Source: Laetmonice hystrix (taxonomy: Eukaryota). Taken from it: 64,000 nucleotides of DNA. The position numbers were made by a program, and so were the translations under genes. The notes under the pieces are model-generated. The model was given only the letters and a program-made list of their open reading frames with translations. It had not been told where the DNA came from and ran no database searches. The stretch lies in the NCBI GenBank assembly GCA_965235115.1, contig OZ249440.1, positions 35,280,001-35,344,000 on the forward strand. The letters are read 5' to 3'. Within the stretch, counting starts at the first letter, position 1, and every line of letters starts with the position of its first letter. This document shows positions 46,301 through 58,858 of the stretch, one piece after another.

Positions 46301-47834
46301 GACGACCCCAGCCTGTGCAGCACCGACAACATGCAAGGTACGGTCAGACAGAGCGTGCTCAAGTCAGAGACTCATCCCCTGACATATTTTGAACATTTTA
46401 TTGACGTCCAGGCAAGGACCAAGGTATCCCTCACATTATGCCTTCTATACTGACGGCTCAAAGGATGGCAATGATGTGTCTGTGGCAGCAGTTCATGGCA
46501 TGCACATCTTCGGCACCCGCATCGGGGCAAAGCTCCATTTTCTCAGCAGAGGCCCGGGCCCTGCTTCTTGCCCTTCAAAATATTGAAGTTTCTAACAAAA
46601 AGAACTTCCTTATTTTCTCGGATTCCTTATCCTGTCTGCTAGCACTTTCTAACTTGAACACAGATCACCCAGTGATCGTTCAAATCTTGTCCAAGTTGGC
46701 AGTGCTTGCCAATGCAGACTTTGATATTCACTTTTGCTGGGTGCCTGTTCATGTTGGCATCCCTGGCAATGAGCAAGCTGACAGAACTGCCAAGAGAGCT
46801 CTCGATACAGACGTCGAACTGTGTCCAATCTCAGCCTCTGATCTCAGATCTACCATCTGGACTTATGTGAAAAACAAATGGCAGGCCAAATGGGATGGAC
46901 AACCAAACAATAAATTGTATCAGATCAGTCCCGTCGTGAACCAAAGGTAGGCATAAAATTGTTTTTACCCGATGCAGGATTGGTCATTCTAGATTAACCC
47001 ATGTGTTTTTATTGAAGGGGGAGCCACTTCCAGAATGTTATGGCTGTCATAGCCGTTGACTCTCCCCTATACACTAGCGTGTTAGGGTCGTCATAGAGAA
47101 TTTGCAAAATCCCTTTAAATAAAGAACTGATTCATATCTCTACGAATACATGATTACTTCCATTTACATCTGACGACGTGCAGCACACAGTTTAGGAAGT
47201 AATGCGCTCCTTCTGTAATATATTACGGCCGTTTTTATACCCTCAATCGAAGCAAATCGAAGATTCGTTCCTGTCCGCCATTGTCTGTCGGTACTGCGCA
47301 TGTGCAAATGGAACCGGAACCAGAGCTGATTCATTAGCCTGGTCCCCGGTGCCTTACCATACGCATCCGCTTGATGTTAGGCCCGGTGATGGCTAACAGA
47401 AAGCTGTAAAACGAAGTGGTGAGCTCCAAGCACTTCCGCCTCGGAGCTAATCACTTCCGCCTCCGGTCCGTTGGTCAGCGTTACCAGAGTGATTGACTTC
47501 TGCTTGGAGCGTGGCCGGGAGTGGCCAACAATAGCAACATGCCCCTGCGTATGCAGACCGTAGCAGGTGTGGGGACTGGTGACGCTATGTTATTTAACGC
47601 TATGACATTTAACACTTGTATTTTAAAGGGATTGACGAAAATATTTGTGTCTTGTTGGAGAAATACGGAGTCGGAGGGTACGGAACTATACCTCGTTTGC
47701 GTCCATGTTTTCAATGGGCGAATCACAACGCTTGCTTCGATTGGCCGTCACCAGGCTCTATAATATATACGAAGTTAATATAGAGCTGGGGACCCGGCTA
47801 CTGATTCATGTTATCACGGATCATGGAGCGTTTT

Positions 47835-48624
47835 CAGGGCCGTAGCCAGGATTGTTTCAGGGGGGGGCTGACAAGAGCCGTAGGCGCGCGTCATCGAGCG
47901 CCGCAGGCGCGAGTAAACGAAAAGGAGGGGGTCGGGGGGTACTCCCCCAGAAAATTTTGAAATTAGGAAGCCTGGAGATGCGATTTCCCGGCACCTGGGA
48001 CAGAAAATGACTGATTTGTCAATGCGCATTCGAGCGCCGCAGGCGCGAGTAAACGAAAAGGAGGGGGGTCGGGGGGTACTCCCCCAGAAAATTTTGAAAT
48101 TAGGAAGCCTGGAGATGCGATTTCCCGGCACCTGGGACAGAAAATGACTGATTTATCAATGCGCATTCGAGCGCCGCAGGCGCGAGTAAACGAAAGGAGG
48201 GGGGTCGGGGGGTACTCCCCCAGAAAATTTTGAAATTAGGAAGCCTGGAGATGCGATTTCCCGGCACCTGGGACAGAAAATGACTGATTTGTCAATGCGC
48301 ATGCGAGCGCCGCAGGCGCGAGTAAACGAAAAGGAGGGGGGTCGGGGGTACTCCCCCAGAAAATTTTGAAATTAGGAAGCCTGGAGATGCGATTTCCCGG
48401 CACCTGGGACAGGAAATGACTGATTTGTCAATGCGCATTCGAGCGCCGCAGGCGCGAGTAAACGAAAAGGACGGGGGTCGGGGGGTACTCCCCCAGAAAA
48501 TTTTGAAATTAGGAAGCCCGGAGATGCGATTTCCCGGCACCTGGGACAGAAAATTGACTTGATTTTGGTTGGTTGGGGGGGGGGGGGCTGCAGCCCCCTC
48601 AGCCCCCCCCTAGTTACGGCACTG
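47835..48624. mobile_element. MITE (hAT5-like, 5-bp TSD GTTTT) containing a five-copy tandem repeat
   Basis: CAGGGCCGTAGC...GTTACGGCACTG flanked by GTTTT. Confidence 0.78.
47896..48553. repeat. Tandem repeat, ~136-bp unit, about 5 copies
   Basis: Units start GAGCGCCGCAGGCGCGAG at about 47896, 48032, 48169, 48305 and 48441. Confidence 0.95.
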
Positions 48625-50623
48625 GTTTTAATAAGTCGGACTGAACTTACAACAAAAGGCCTGACAAGTCAAAATCACCTTCGGAATAGACAATTCCTTG
48701 ACCAAGATCCTAGCGAACACTATACACATTAACATGGGCATTTTATTGTAAGTAGACATCGCGACAGGGGTTTGAAATCGGCGTTGAAACCGAGCCAACC
48801 CACGCATTTGGTAAATTCTCTATGGCTTGTCCCACATCCTTAACGCGAAGCTGTTGAGGGTGTCCACGTCTATGGCTGTCAGTGTTCTTTGACACTGAAG
48901 CATCTTTTACTTGAGTGTGGTGATTTTACTCTGATCAGACAAAGGTTTTATAATGAGACAAGTCTTAAGGATCTTTTTAGCAATGTCAGACCAGGAGTGA
49001 TTTTAGAGTTTTCTCAGAGGCTGGAATTCTGACTCTTTTATAGCTCAGGCTCATCCATACCATAGCCCGGTTGGGCTGACAGGACGTGTGTTTTAATGAT
49101 ATTCCCGTTGGGACCCGGGATAAAATAGGTTCCTTTAAATTTTATTTTCTTTAATTTTTATTGCATACATTGTGTATAGTACAGTTATTCCTTTCTTAGC
49201 ACATTATCATGTTATAGATCTAATATCTAATTATCAAAAGACTTATATTATAATCTTTTTTTTATTTTCCACTGGCCCTGTACTATAGTATAGTATCGTA
49301 TAGCTGACCCAAGAGAAGTCTGTCAAAACTGACATAGGCTAGGGCCTACTTAGACAATGAAAATATTTGTTTATCATCAATTTAAGTTTATAGTCTACGA
49401 GTATGATCTGGATTGATAACTATGAATGATTATGAATGGGTTCTTATGAATGACATTACAACACCACATATGCCTGGGCCAGACTTGGTCTAAGTTTGGT
49501 TCAGCCTTCAGCTCAGGTGACTGTTGCAGGAGCCCGTTTCACTGACACCCTAAATTCCTAATGCCCTAATTTGTAAACGGTAACATCCCGACTTGTTGAC
49601 ACCATGCACTCAAAACAAGTCAACTGTCAAGTGTTTCACTTTCACTAAAAAAAATGTCTCTCCTTGGAATAAGCCACTTCACAGTCTCAGCGCGCGCGAA
49701 GCATCATGGGATTGCATCGGGATAAACAAACCAGCTGGCCTCACTAAAACGCTCTAATATCGCTCATATATTCAGAACATTCTAACTGTCTCTAGCAAGG
49801 TATATCTGGATAAAAAATATCAAAGTTTGCGGGACGACTGCCCATATAGGCTAAATAATGAAGATTTCAAACGTTGTTTTATGGTTGACTGAGTATTTTA
49901 TTAGAAAACATCCAGGAGTTGGCTACGCCTACGCCGGCCAAACATAGCCTCACATACTGACATAGCCATAGGCATAGGCGTACATAGCGCCGGAAGATAT
50001 TCACAGGTGGGGGGGGGGGGGCAAAAACCAAATCATAGGTCCCAAGTTCCGAGCGCCAAAGGCACGAAGCCTCGAGCGGGGGGTCTGGGGGTCCTCCCCC
50101 AGAAAAATCTGAGATTTAAAGTGCCAAATACGCGTTTTCCTGGCATCTTCTGGTAGGGAACAAAGTCTAGGACTAGGCCCTCTGACGGTCTGACCATCTC
50201 CTGCCACCTTTGTGCTTTGACCAACTTTAGCTGGGGGGGGGGGGGAACTATATGCTTGCCCCCCCCCCCATCAGCTTTTGAGTTGGGGGGGGGGGCAACG
50301 GCCCCCTTTGCCCCCCCCCCCCCCCCAGGCTATGCCAAACTTTAGAATTAGGGAGTCAGCTAGCTAACGCCGGTTAACGGTTAGAGTGCCGCCACAGCCA
50401 CAACCTGGCACAGGCACAAATTTGAGGGGATTAGGAGTAGAGTAGAGGCTAGACACTAGATCTATCCCTAGGCCTAGATCTACTATAACACGTTAGACTA
50501 TAGTGGACTGGACTGGAGCAATCTGGCTCTGCCAGCTCTAATAATTTTTAAAATAACGATAACGATTTTAAACGCTGTTCCTCAGAAGGACTACCGTACC
50601 TTAGAGCAAGGCCGGTTGAGTGT

Positions 50624-50723
50624 CAATCTAATTAAAATTAGATCTTGGTATTCCGCTTCTCTCTCGGCTGTTTCAGTGCTGGAGCGCATGCGAAATAACT
50701 AAGACCTAATTTTAATTAGATTG
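50624..50723. mobile_element. 100-bp MITE with 9-bp TSD (Mutator-like)
   Basis: TIR CAATCTAATTAAAATTAG.TCTT. GTTGAGTGT is duplicated at 50615-50623 and 50724-50732. Confidence 0.8.
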
Positions 50724-50799
50724 GTTGAGTGTCAAAGGCAAGAAAGATGAACTATGTGCCTTACTTTGCCCTTAGCCTGTGCTGCTCACTGTGCTCAGA

Positions 50800-51125
50800 A
50801 ACCTGTGCTGCCGTCAGCTCAGGAAAGTACCAGAAAGAAATTTGAGGAATACCAGACATTGCTGAAAATTGACAGTTGTACCATTCCTGATCCCTTTGAT
50901 CTTTCTGGATGGGTTGGCAAGGCATATTCCTATTTTGACTCTGCTTGGCTTCAGCAGATATGTTACCACATGCCCTATTTCTGAAAAATCTCCAGTATGC
51001 CTGATGAAGTCCTCATCCACCCCTTCTGCCCAGATATTCAACCCCTCCCACCAAATTTCATTATTTGGGTGGCTGTTGAGAATAAGACAGGCACAGTTAA
51101 TATTTGCTCATGTGTTGCTGGGTAA
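50800..51125 (+). pseudogene. Decayed exon of a transposon-associated SWIM zinc-finger protein
   Basis: PDPFDL.GW, KAYSYFDS.W, C.MK....PS and a degenerate AH(C)..AG before a GTAAGT donor. Confidence 0.45.
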
Positions 51126-52545
51126 GTCCATAAAAAAAACTTTAAAAAATGTCAAAGATTAATTATAAATAAAGATAAATACAGTTCTTTTTATTCCAAT
51201 AAATTTTTCTGTATAGGGGGCTACTCCATTTTTCATTACTTCAGGTTTGGGATACTTGTATGCAAAATGAAAGGGAGTATCAAAAAGGTAAACAAATTAC
51301 AATTTTGTGAATTTACATCTGGGGATTTTATGGACTGATTGTACAGCATGTTTGTGTGGTTGACAGCAGGTCCAGGTTGTTTGGATTCTTTGGCCTGGGT
51401 CAATATTTAGTGTACCATGATGATGCTATATTTTTTGGTTGTAGCGCTCTGTCATTTTTTAAAAACTCAAACTGGTGGTGGGTGCTCTACTTTAGCATGA
51501 CAATAATGTTCCTTCTGTTGGATGATGTAACATTCCCTATTTAGTGTGATTCTTGAATGAATGAAGGTGCTACTTCAATTCACTGACCCTTATTAAATTT
51601 TAGTATTTGCATTTATGTAGGCCCTACATAGATGTAAAATACAAAAAGGCTCATGCCGCTAAAAAATGCAACCAAGCAACCAGAGCTAGTTTTGCATGTT
51701 GCATTCAAAACCATCGGCCAGCAAATAAGCACGATCTATATGATCAGATGAATGCAAATTTACTTTAGTTGACCCATGATTTCACCAGGTCTCAATGAGT
51801 ATGGTCTTTGGGTAAGGTAATCCTTTATCGACATGTGCTAAATAAATTGTGATATTCCTTTTTAATTCAGAAACTGATAAATTCCTTGCCAGTTTTATAA
51901 TCACTTTGTGTGTAACACAGTGTTAACTTCCATGCAAATTATACATGTATGTAGAAATTAGAACTTGTTTTTACTAAGTACCGGGGGTACTACCAGATTT
52001 CTTGTATCCTTTTCTCTTTCTCTTTATTAGCAGTTTATTCACACCCCCAACCGCCCTACTGAGGAATGGGATCTTGAAATTGTAATTTTTATGTTTGTAG
52101 TAGGGTAGTAGTAGTAGTAGTAGATCTAGTAGTAGTATAATAGTTTCTGATCCAAATTTGCATGAATGTCTGCTGCATATCATCTATTTCCATCGCTGAA
52201 TGGTGTAAGTACTGTTGCTACACCCGCTAACTGCACAAATCCGCATGATTTTTCCAAGTGTCAGCAACTGACTGAAAGATAGAATAAAACAAGAGCCTTA
52301 GACAAAGAGAAGCAGGAGAAAACACATTTTTGGAGATTCCCCTGAGACAATTTTATCTATTATTATTAGATCTCTAACCTTGAAATAAAGCGATCATTTC
52401 ATTTTGGCAAATATTCTTACTGGCCCACATTACATGAATAAGGAGGATTCCAAATCCCTTGGCTTATACAAACCTGAGAAACACTAGTAGATCTAACGGT
52501 TAGTAGTTACCAGTACCAAGTTTAAGCAAAAAGGATCAAAGCATG

Positions 52546-52694
52546 CAGGCGCGGATCCGGGAGGGGGGGAGGGGGGGTCCGGGGTCCCCCCCCCCCCCTG
52601 CTCAGCACCAACTTAGGTTTTTGCTATGTTATCGGGGAAGGGCCCCAGACTTTTTGCCCCCCGCCCCCTGCATAAATTCCTGGATCCGCGCCTG
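52546..52694. mobile_element. MITE, 5-bp TSD GCATG (hAT5-like)
   Basis: Perfect TIR CAGGCGCGGATCC/GGATCCGCGCCTG. Confidence 0.8.
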
Positions 52695-52708
52695 GCATGA
52701 TAGGTGCG

Positions 52709-52990
52709 ATAAGGGTAAAATCTTACCCTAGGATCGCCACCGGGGGGGGGGGGGGGGGGGGGGGGTCTTACTTTTCTAGGTCTTACTTTTCTAGGTCTTA
52801 CTTTTCCTCAGGGTGTCTAGAAAAGTAAGACCTAGAAAAGTAAGACCTAGCTGCTTGCTAAAAAATAGAAATGGATAAGGGTAAAATCTTACCCTAGGAG
52901 TGCCACCAGGGGGGGGTCTTACTTTTCTAGGTCTTACTTTTCTAGGTCTTAGGTCTTACTTTTCTAGGTCTTACTTTTCTAGACACCCTA
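52709..52990. repeat. Direct and inverted array of 15-mer GGTCTTACTTTTCTA, with duplicated palindrome TAAGGGTAAAATCTTACCCTA
   Basis: Seen directly. Inverted copies are at ~52817-52850. Confidence 0.85.
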
Positions 52991-52994
52991 GGTG

Positions 52995-53531
52995 CAGACC
53001 TGCCAACCTACAGAGAGAAGAAACCGGGAGATTGGTGTCCAAAAACCTGGAAATTGGGAGGAAAACCGGGGGATTTTTGGGGGAAAACCTGGAGATTTTT
53101 GGGGAAAACCTGGAGACTACATTATGAAGCTGATATAGACCTATGAGTGGGGAAGAAACGTTAGTATGGAGCCACTACATTCTACACATGAAGTACACAA
53201 CTTACATAGGCCTACCATCAGTTCAATAAATTTAAAATAAAAAATTGTCCTAAGACATCTGCTCCTTTATGTTGTTTCTTTTCTCTTTATGTAGGCTAGG
53301 CCTATCCTTTTTTAGTGTTCTGCGTTGCATATAGATCTAGTTGCTACATGTAGGCCTACTTAAAAACATACTCAATTGTCCAATCTATCTTTTTTCTTGT
53401 GTTTTGTGTACATTTGTGTGCATACATGAGTTTTCAATTTACCGTGAGAAAATTGTGACATACCGGGGGGACGGGGGATCAGGTTAAAAACCGGGAGTCC
53501 CCCGGTGAAACCGGGGGACTTGGCAGGTCTG
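52995..53531. mobile_element. MITE, 6-bp TSD TAGGTG (hAT6-like)
   Basis: TIR CAGACCTGCCAA/TTGGCAGGTCTG with subterminal AAAACC(T/G)GG repeats. Confidence 0.8.
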
Positions 53532-54270
53532 TAGGTGGGGCATTCATTGTGAGCAGCAGTCACTGTGAGCGGCAGTTACTGTGACAGTGAGCGGCATGAT
53601 TTTGATGGAACTATCGATGGAATTTTGATGATTTTGATCAAACATTTTGATGGTTTGATGGAAATCATTACATTATTTTAATTTATACAGTAAATTAAGT
53701 AAGTCGACGGTGGTGGCTGAGATGAAGACCTGCTGCTAAAATTAAATAATGCTGGTTGGCTTTCTGCTTCATCTCAGCGACAGCGGCGATCTCAAGCCCT
53801 TGAGTCAAGCCTCAAGGGCCTTGTCCCTGCCAGGCTCTACGGGGTGGATGTGCTGCTGGGGACCGGGGGTGAAGCTGTTGTCGATCTGGTAGACCTTGGC
53901 GCAGAGGTCTAGCCCCTCCCTCTGCTCTGGTGCTGCCACAAACTGTCACTGTGTCACTGACTGTCAGTGTCACTGTGTCACAGTGTGTACTGTCAGTGTC
54001 AGTGACCGCCTCAGACTCAGTGATCGCCGCTCACACTGTTGTCACTGACAGTAGCTGCCGCTCACAGACTCAGTGACTGGTATTCTTTGTAATAATAAGT
54101 GTACCATACCTAGAGATGTGAAGAACTGCAGTGGAATGACGTACTGGCTGCTAGGATTCACCGGTCGAAACGTACGCCATGCGGCCAGATCGGTTTGTTT
54201 ATCCCGAGGCGGACAACCGGAAGTGTGTTTCAGACATGCGCACTCGAGACTGTGAAGCGGCTTATTCAAC

Positions 54271-54991
54271 CATTCTCTCCCAGGGTTCACCGCGCGGGCG
54301 GATTTCACCTCTGTGGACATCTAAACAAAATGCACAAAATTTGAACATTCGATGTTCCCACCAATATCATCTAGAAATTAGTATCAGTCCTTTTTCTGTT
54401 TGTCCCCGACTTTACAGAACAATGACACACATGTCATGTCATGGCCTCTTTGCATGGAATTTTGACTGATAACTGAGGAACTCTATCTTCGGACGGGTAT
54501 TACTGGGGTATGTAATAAGGTCAGTGAACAAGTCGTGTAAATATACATTCGCCGGTTGTCAAGATTACGAGGGTACGAAATTGTAACGTCACAAACTTTG
54601 CCGATCTCCGGCGATGACAGTGCTTGGATTAAGAAAGGAGGGACCTTCCTAAACAATTCTAAGTCTGTGACATTGTTTGGTTCAATATTTTATCCCCTTA
54701 TGTCACGTTTCGACGTCCGTCCTTGTGTATTTTAGGAGTTAGGGGCGTTTGAACTGCCGAAGCGAAGCACCGTCCGCCATTATATTTAGGCCCCGTTATG
54801 ATCACATTCCATTGTGACCCATTGTGACGTAGCGCTATTGTGAATTGTTCCTGACGTCGCTGACATTGACAACGTGCTACACGTGCTCGTTGTTGCCCTG
54901 GTTATTGTCTAAAAAGATAGTCCCGGTTAGATGTCAACAGAGGTGAAATCCGCGCCATCGTCCCCGGCGCGGTGAACCCTGGGAGAGATTG
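54271..54991. mobile_element. MITE with ~55-bp imperfect TIRs
   Basis: CA(T/A)TCTCTCCCAGGGTTCACCGCG...GGATTTCACCTCTGT.GACATCTAA is at both ends in inverted orientation. No TSD was found. Confidence 0.7.
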
Positions 54992-54998
54992 TGGCAAT

Positions 54999-55395
54999 AG
55001 GGAGCCGAAGTAGGTCACGAGAATTCAAGAGATTTCGCGTTGTGGGGACAAGGAGCAGATAGCCTCGCTGGTTTAACATTGCGATGGCCATAGGGAACAG
55101 TGACAGTCAACTTTAAAATATTTTCATTCTGCAGTGAAGTCGCTGTTAATATTTCACCGTTACAATCCATGATTGCTGGCATGTTTACTCTAGGATAAAG
55201 TTTGTTTTATAGTTTAGAAAGTTATATTGTGAATATACAGGCTGGTTTTTGTAAACCTGTCGGCCCTGTCAATGCTAATCCTATGGGGAAATTTTTGACG
55301 TCACAATCGCATGGCGCACGTTTGGTGCTATCGCGAGCTGGTTTGAGGCTATTTAACGTCATTTGCATAACCAGGTCACGAGACTTCGGCTCCCT
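54999..55395. mobile_element. MITE flanked by AT
   Basis: TIR AGGGAGCCGAAGT/ACTTCGGCTCCCT. Confidence 0.75.
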
Positions 55396-55397
55396 AT

Positions 55398-56148
55398 ACA
55401 CCAGTTTATAGTTCGAACACAGCGCATGCGCACGGAAGCCTCGTTTCGAAGTTGCGAGTAAACAAACCGTCTCCCTATCTATTTCTATGTTAAATACACG
55501 AATTTTGTGTCGGCATTACGTCTCTTCTCCAAACAATATCTGTACAGCTAATGTTCGAATGTGTAAAACTTGTATTAGACTTGACAAAAAAAACGGTTTA
55601 AACCTCGACATTGGCGTAATAGTAAAGTTAAACGGTTCGCTGGCGACACTGACTCGGCGGCCTCCCCAGGCCTGACGGCCGGCGTAGCGCTTGGGGGAGA
55701 CGGTCTCCACACCGTTGGTTCTCATCTCATACGGGATAGATATTGGGGGGCAGTCGGATGTTGATTGACACTTTATGCGCTGGACTGGAGGGGGAAGGGT
55801 CAGTTAAACCGGGTTTGGGCCCCAAATGCCCGCGTGCTGACGCACTGACAGTCTGCAAACGCTGCCGAAGCGTGCACTTTTCCGAGGGGCAGCTCACGCC
55901 CAGTTCGACAGCCTGTGGACGGAATTATCCAGGCCTAACACATTGTTTGACGCTCTGTGCATGTCGGCCTACCCTCCATGTGTCTGAGATCACAGCCAGA
56001 AAAATTTGTCACAACTTCGCGGTGATGGAATAGTGGCTTCTTTCAGCGGTAAAACCCCGTTGACAGCAATGCTAATGGCGCGCCGCTGGCTTTGTTTACT
56101 CGCAACTTCAAAACGAGGCTCCGATTCTGACGAACTATAAACTCGTGT
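55398..56148. mobile_element. MITE flanked by AT
   Basis: TIR ACAC(C/G)AGTTTATAGTTCG plus subterminal inverted GCCTCGTTT.GAAGTTGCGAGTAAACAAA. Confidence 0.8.
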
Positions 56149-56656
56149 ATACTCCTTATTCACGCCGCGGCCATTTTGAAACGAAATCGAGGCTCGGAAC
56201 GCAAACACAGCTGGAGCAGAGCGTGAGGCTCAGTTGGATGCGTCTATAACGTTTGGACAAAGAACCTGGAGAATGTTCCTGAAATTAGTCGTAAAATCGT
56301 TGATAAATGGGAAACTGGCACCGCTAGACTACCTCAGGCTACCCAGTAAAAGGGTTACAGCAACTTTATTGAAGGTTACATCTAGATGGTAGACGGTAAG
56401 TTCTTCTATTATCGCTCAACACAGTGTTTGACTGTCACTGTCACTACTGTCAGTGTCAAGCTAAAGACGCAAAGAAAATTGTACTAAATGACTTAGACGC
56501 TACCCAGAGGCAAGCGCAGTTTTATTTACCTATTATAGCCTAGCTACTAGGGCCTACGGCCTAAGTCGGACCAAAGAATAAAGAGAAATCTTCCCTAATC
56601 CGCACCCGGCCCGTGGACTTGCCACGCTGACGTTCTGCCTGCCCTTAGACTTAGTA

Positions 56657-57008
56657 CCGGTGTCGCGGTCTGTTTTCTCAGCCGGTCTGCAATCTCCGGG
56701 TGAATGGTTTCCTATTGTTTAGAGGCCGAACCTGACTAAGTGAGCACGCGCGTGTGACAGGTTGGGCTCACACCTCCGGTCGTCTGCTAGCTGATGGGCG
56801 GCGGAGTTTTCTTCCAAACAATAATAAACGACAGCCTGGATAGGCAAATTGTGGACCAAAACTGACGGAGGAGAAAAGGGTTATTACGTGAGACTCCATC
56901 CTGGCCTGATATCTCGGATAGTTTACCGAGAACGATACAAATACACACGACTCTGCAGCTAATCTCCCGGAGATTTCAGACCGCGGAGAAAACAGACCGC
57001 GACACCGG
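56657..57008. mobile_element. MITE-like inverted repeat element
   Basis: CCGGTGTCGCGGTCTGTTTTCTC is at 56657 and its reverse complement ends near 57008. Confidence 0.6.
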
Positions 57009-58705
57009 CACCCGGCCCGTGGTGACCTGCCGCCGCAGCTGACGGTGAGCCTCGCCCGAGCCACATCGGTCCGACATCAGATCATCTAGATCTAGACATG
57101 GGCCAAGGTCCACCCCAGGTCACATTGTTCTTAAAGCAGTAAAGGCTAAAGCCATAATTATGCTGTCTCATTGAAGTGCAAATTAAATGGTAATTAGTAA
57201 TACCAAATTATTATTGCTGTTTTGTTTAAATCTTTTCTTTGCATAATTGCAGCAGTGCCCTCTACATGCGACAGCGGGGCCCTCCTGCGTGGAAAGTATT
57301 CAAGCACACTTCTTGAGTCTGTCTGTAGGGATAGCTAGCACCCCTCAATTCTGTTGAACACGCCAACACCTGAAGAGCGACCAGTGCATTGAAGCCGGGA
57401 ATCATGCGTCGATAGCACATTACGCCATTTTGGCTGGGATCCTGGGGTTGACTGAACCGATCCTTGGAATAATTATTTGAATTACCATGGGCATTTTGTA
57501 TGCATTTTCAGAAATATAAAATTAAGTAAAATTTGGACACAGTGAACTCACTGGATTATTCTAAAAAAAGGACATTTAAGGACATAATTTAAAGCTACAG
57601 CTTCAGTGATTGTGGAACTGTAGCAAACGCTGATTTTTGTGTGTCTCCACCGCTTGTGATTGTAATATAATTATTGCAAGTAATTGGCTGCCTCTGTGTT
57701 GTTCTTTCTGGTATGCAATAACCCCTAAAGATCTTTGGGTACCGTAACAATTTTTTTCTAAGATTACAGGTGTCGGGTAGATAACCCACATCATTTTTTC
57801 TATTAAATTCTTACAGGCCTCTCGGCACCAAGTGACAACTTTAAAAGACATCATACAAATCCATAGTGGACAGACAACATTTACATGGTATAGACGACAG
57901 TTTGACCCCTCTTGTCATATCTAAGATTTAAAATTGCAGGTCATGCGAGCCCCGAAGGCACAAAGCCTCCAGCAGGGGGTCTAGGAGCTCTCCCCCAGAA
58001 AAAGATAAAAATTAAAGTGCCAAATACGCGTTTTCCTGGAATCTAGGAATAAAATCAAAGGTCTTGGAGATAAACCCGATAGACGGACAGGTAAAAAAGA
58101 TGCGGCACAACATCTTGTTGAAGAAATGGAGGACATAGAGAACATTATAGTATAAAAGAGGGCAAGAGGACTGATTTACAAAATAGAGGATTTAGAGGAC
58201 ATCTGGGAGGCCTGTTCTTATTGACTGATGTGTCGGACAGATAACCCACCTCATTTTTAAGATTTGCCTAGATATGTCTTTAGAATAACCCATGTCTTTT
58301 TTTTTTAATTTCCCCCAAGTATATAGGCCTACACTTTTTTCAAATAAAAATTCTCCACATCAAAAGTAATTTTTCTTCAGTACACTTTAGGCCTAATGAA
58401 AAACATGTCGGGTGTGAAACCCACCTCATTTTTAAAATGTAGGCCTATAGATGAGAGGGTGTAATTCTCTTTTTAGTTGCCTATTATTGGTGTAAAAAAA
58501 ATTCAAGACTGACAGTTCTGAGAGTCTCAGACCCACATTTCTTTTATTCAGGCTAATAGAGTTTCCACATTCAGAGATGAAATTCATTTGCCACAACTGA
58601 TAAAACACCCGGTCCGATTTTTGAGTAATTAAATTTTTATGTTGGTGATATATTTATTATGTGCATCCCACATTAGATGAGTGCCTCTGCATCCGAGTCC
58701 ATCAG

Positions 58706-58858
58706 GGGCCCGTCTTACTAAGGTCTGGTTATTAACGATATCGTTAAGTTATTATAGAAGTGAATGGGAGGCCACTAGTTAATAACCAGTCGGGCTCTCA
58801 TTGGCTCCTATGTAATTTAACGATATCGTTAATAACCAGACCTTAGTAAGAAGGGCCC
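58706..58858. mobile_element. Hairpin MITE (PIF/Harbinger-like, CWG flanks), abutted by a second partial hairpin at 58862-58970
   Basis: GGGCCC.TCTTACTAAGGTCTGGTTATTAACGATATCGTTAA is inverted at both ends. Confidence 0.7.

Larger units (their letters stand above)
47048..48874. mobile_element. Non-autonomous DNA element, CATAG...CTATG termini, 5-bp TSD GCTGT
   Basis: Imperfect TIRs CATAGCCGTTGAC and (rc) CATAGACGTGGAC. The TSD is established from the interrupted LINE sequence. Confidence 0.8.
46360..49137 (+). mobile_element. Nimb-like LINE RNase H/3' fragment (46360-47047 plus 48875-49137) split by a DNA element
   Basis: Matches 30710-31670 and joins across the insertion at GCTGT. Confidence 0.88.

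Noticed and set aside
47896..48553. Regularly spaced repeats suggesting a CRISPR array
   Set aside because: The whole ~136-bp unit repeats with no unique spacers, there are no cas genes, and the context is a eukaryotic MITE.
49973..50334. G/C-run-rich MITE
   Set aside because: Probably a MITE remnant, but matching TIRs and a TSD could not be fixed.
53940..54080. GTCACTG/CAGTGAC fold-back low-complexity tract as a structured ncRNA
   Set aside because: Irregular short-motif expansion, also seen at ~53560 and ~56430, with no evidence of a defined RNA.
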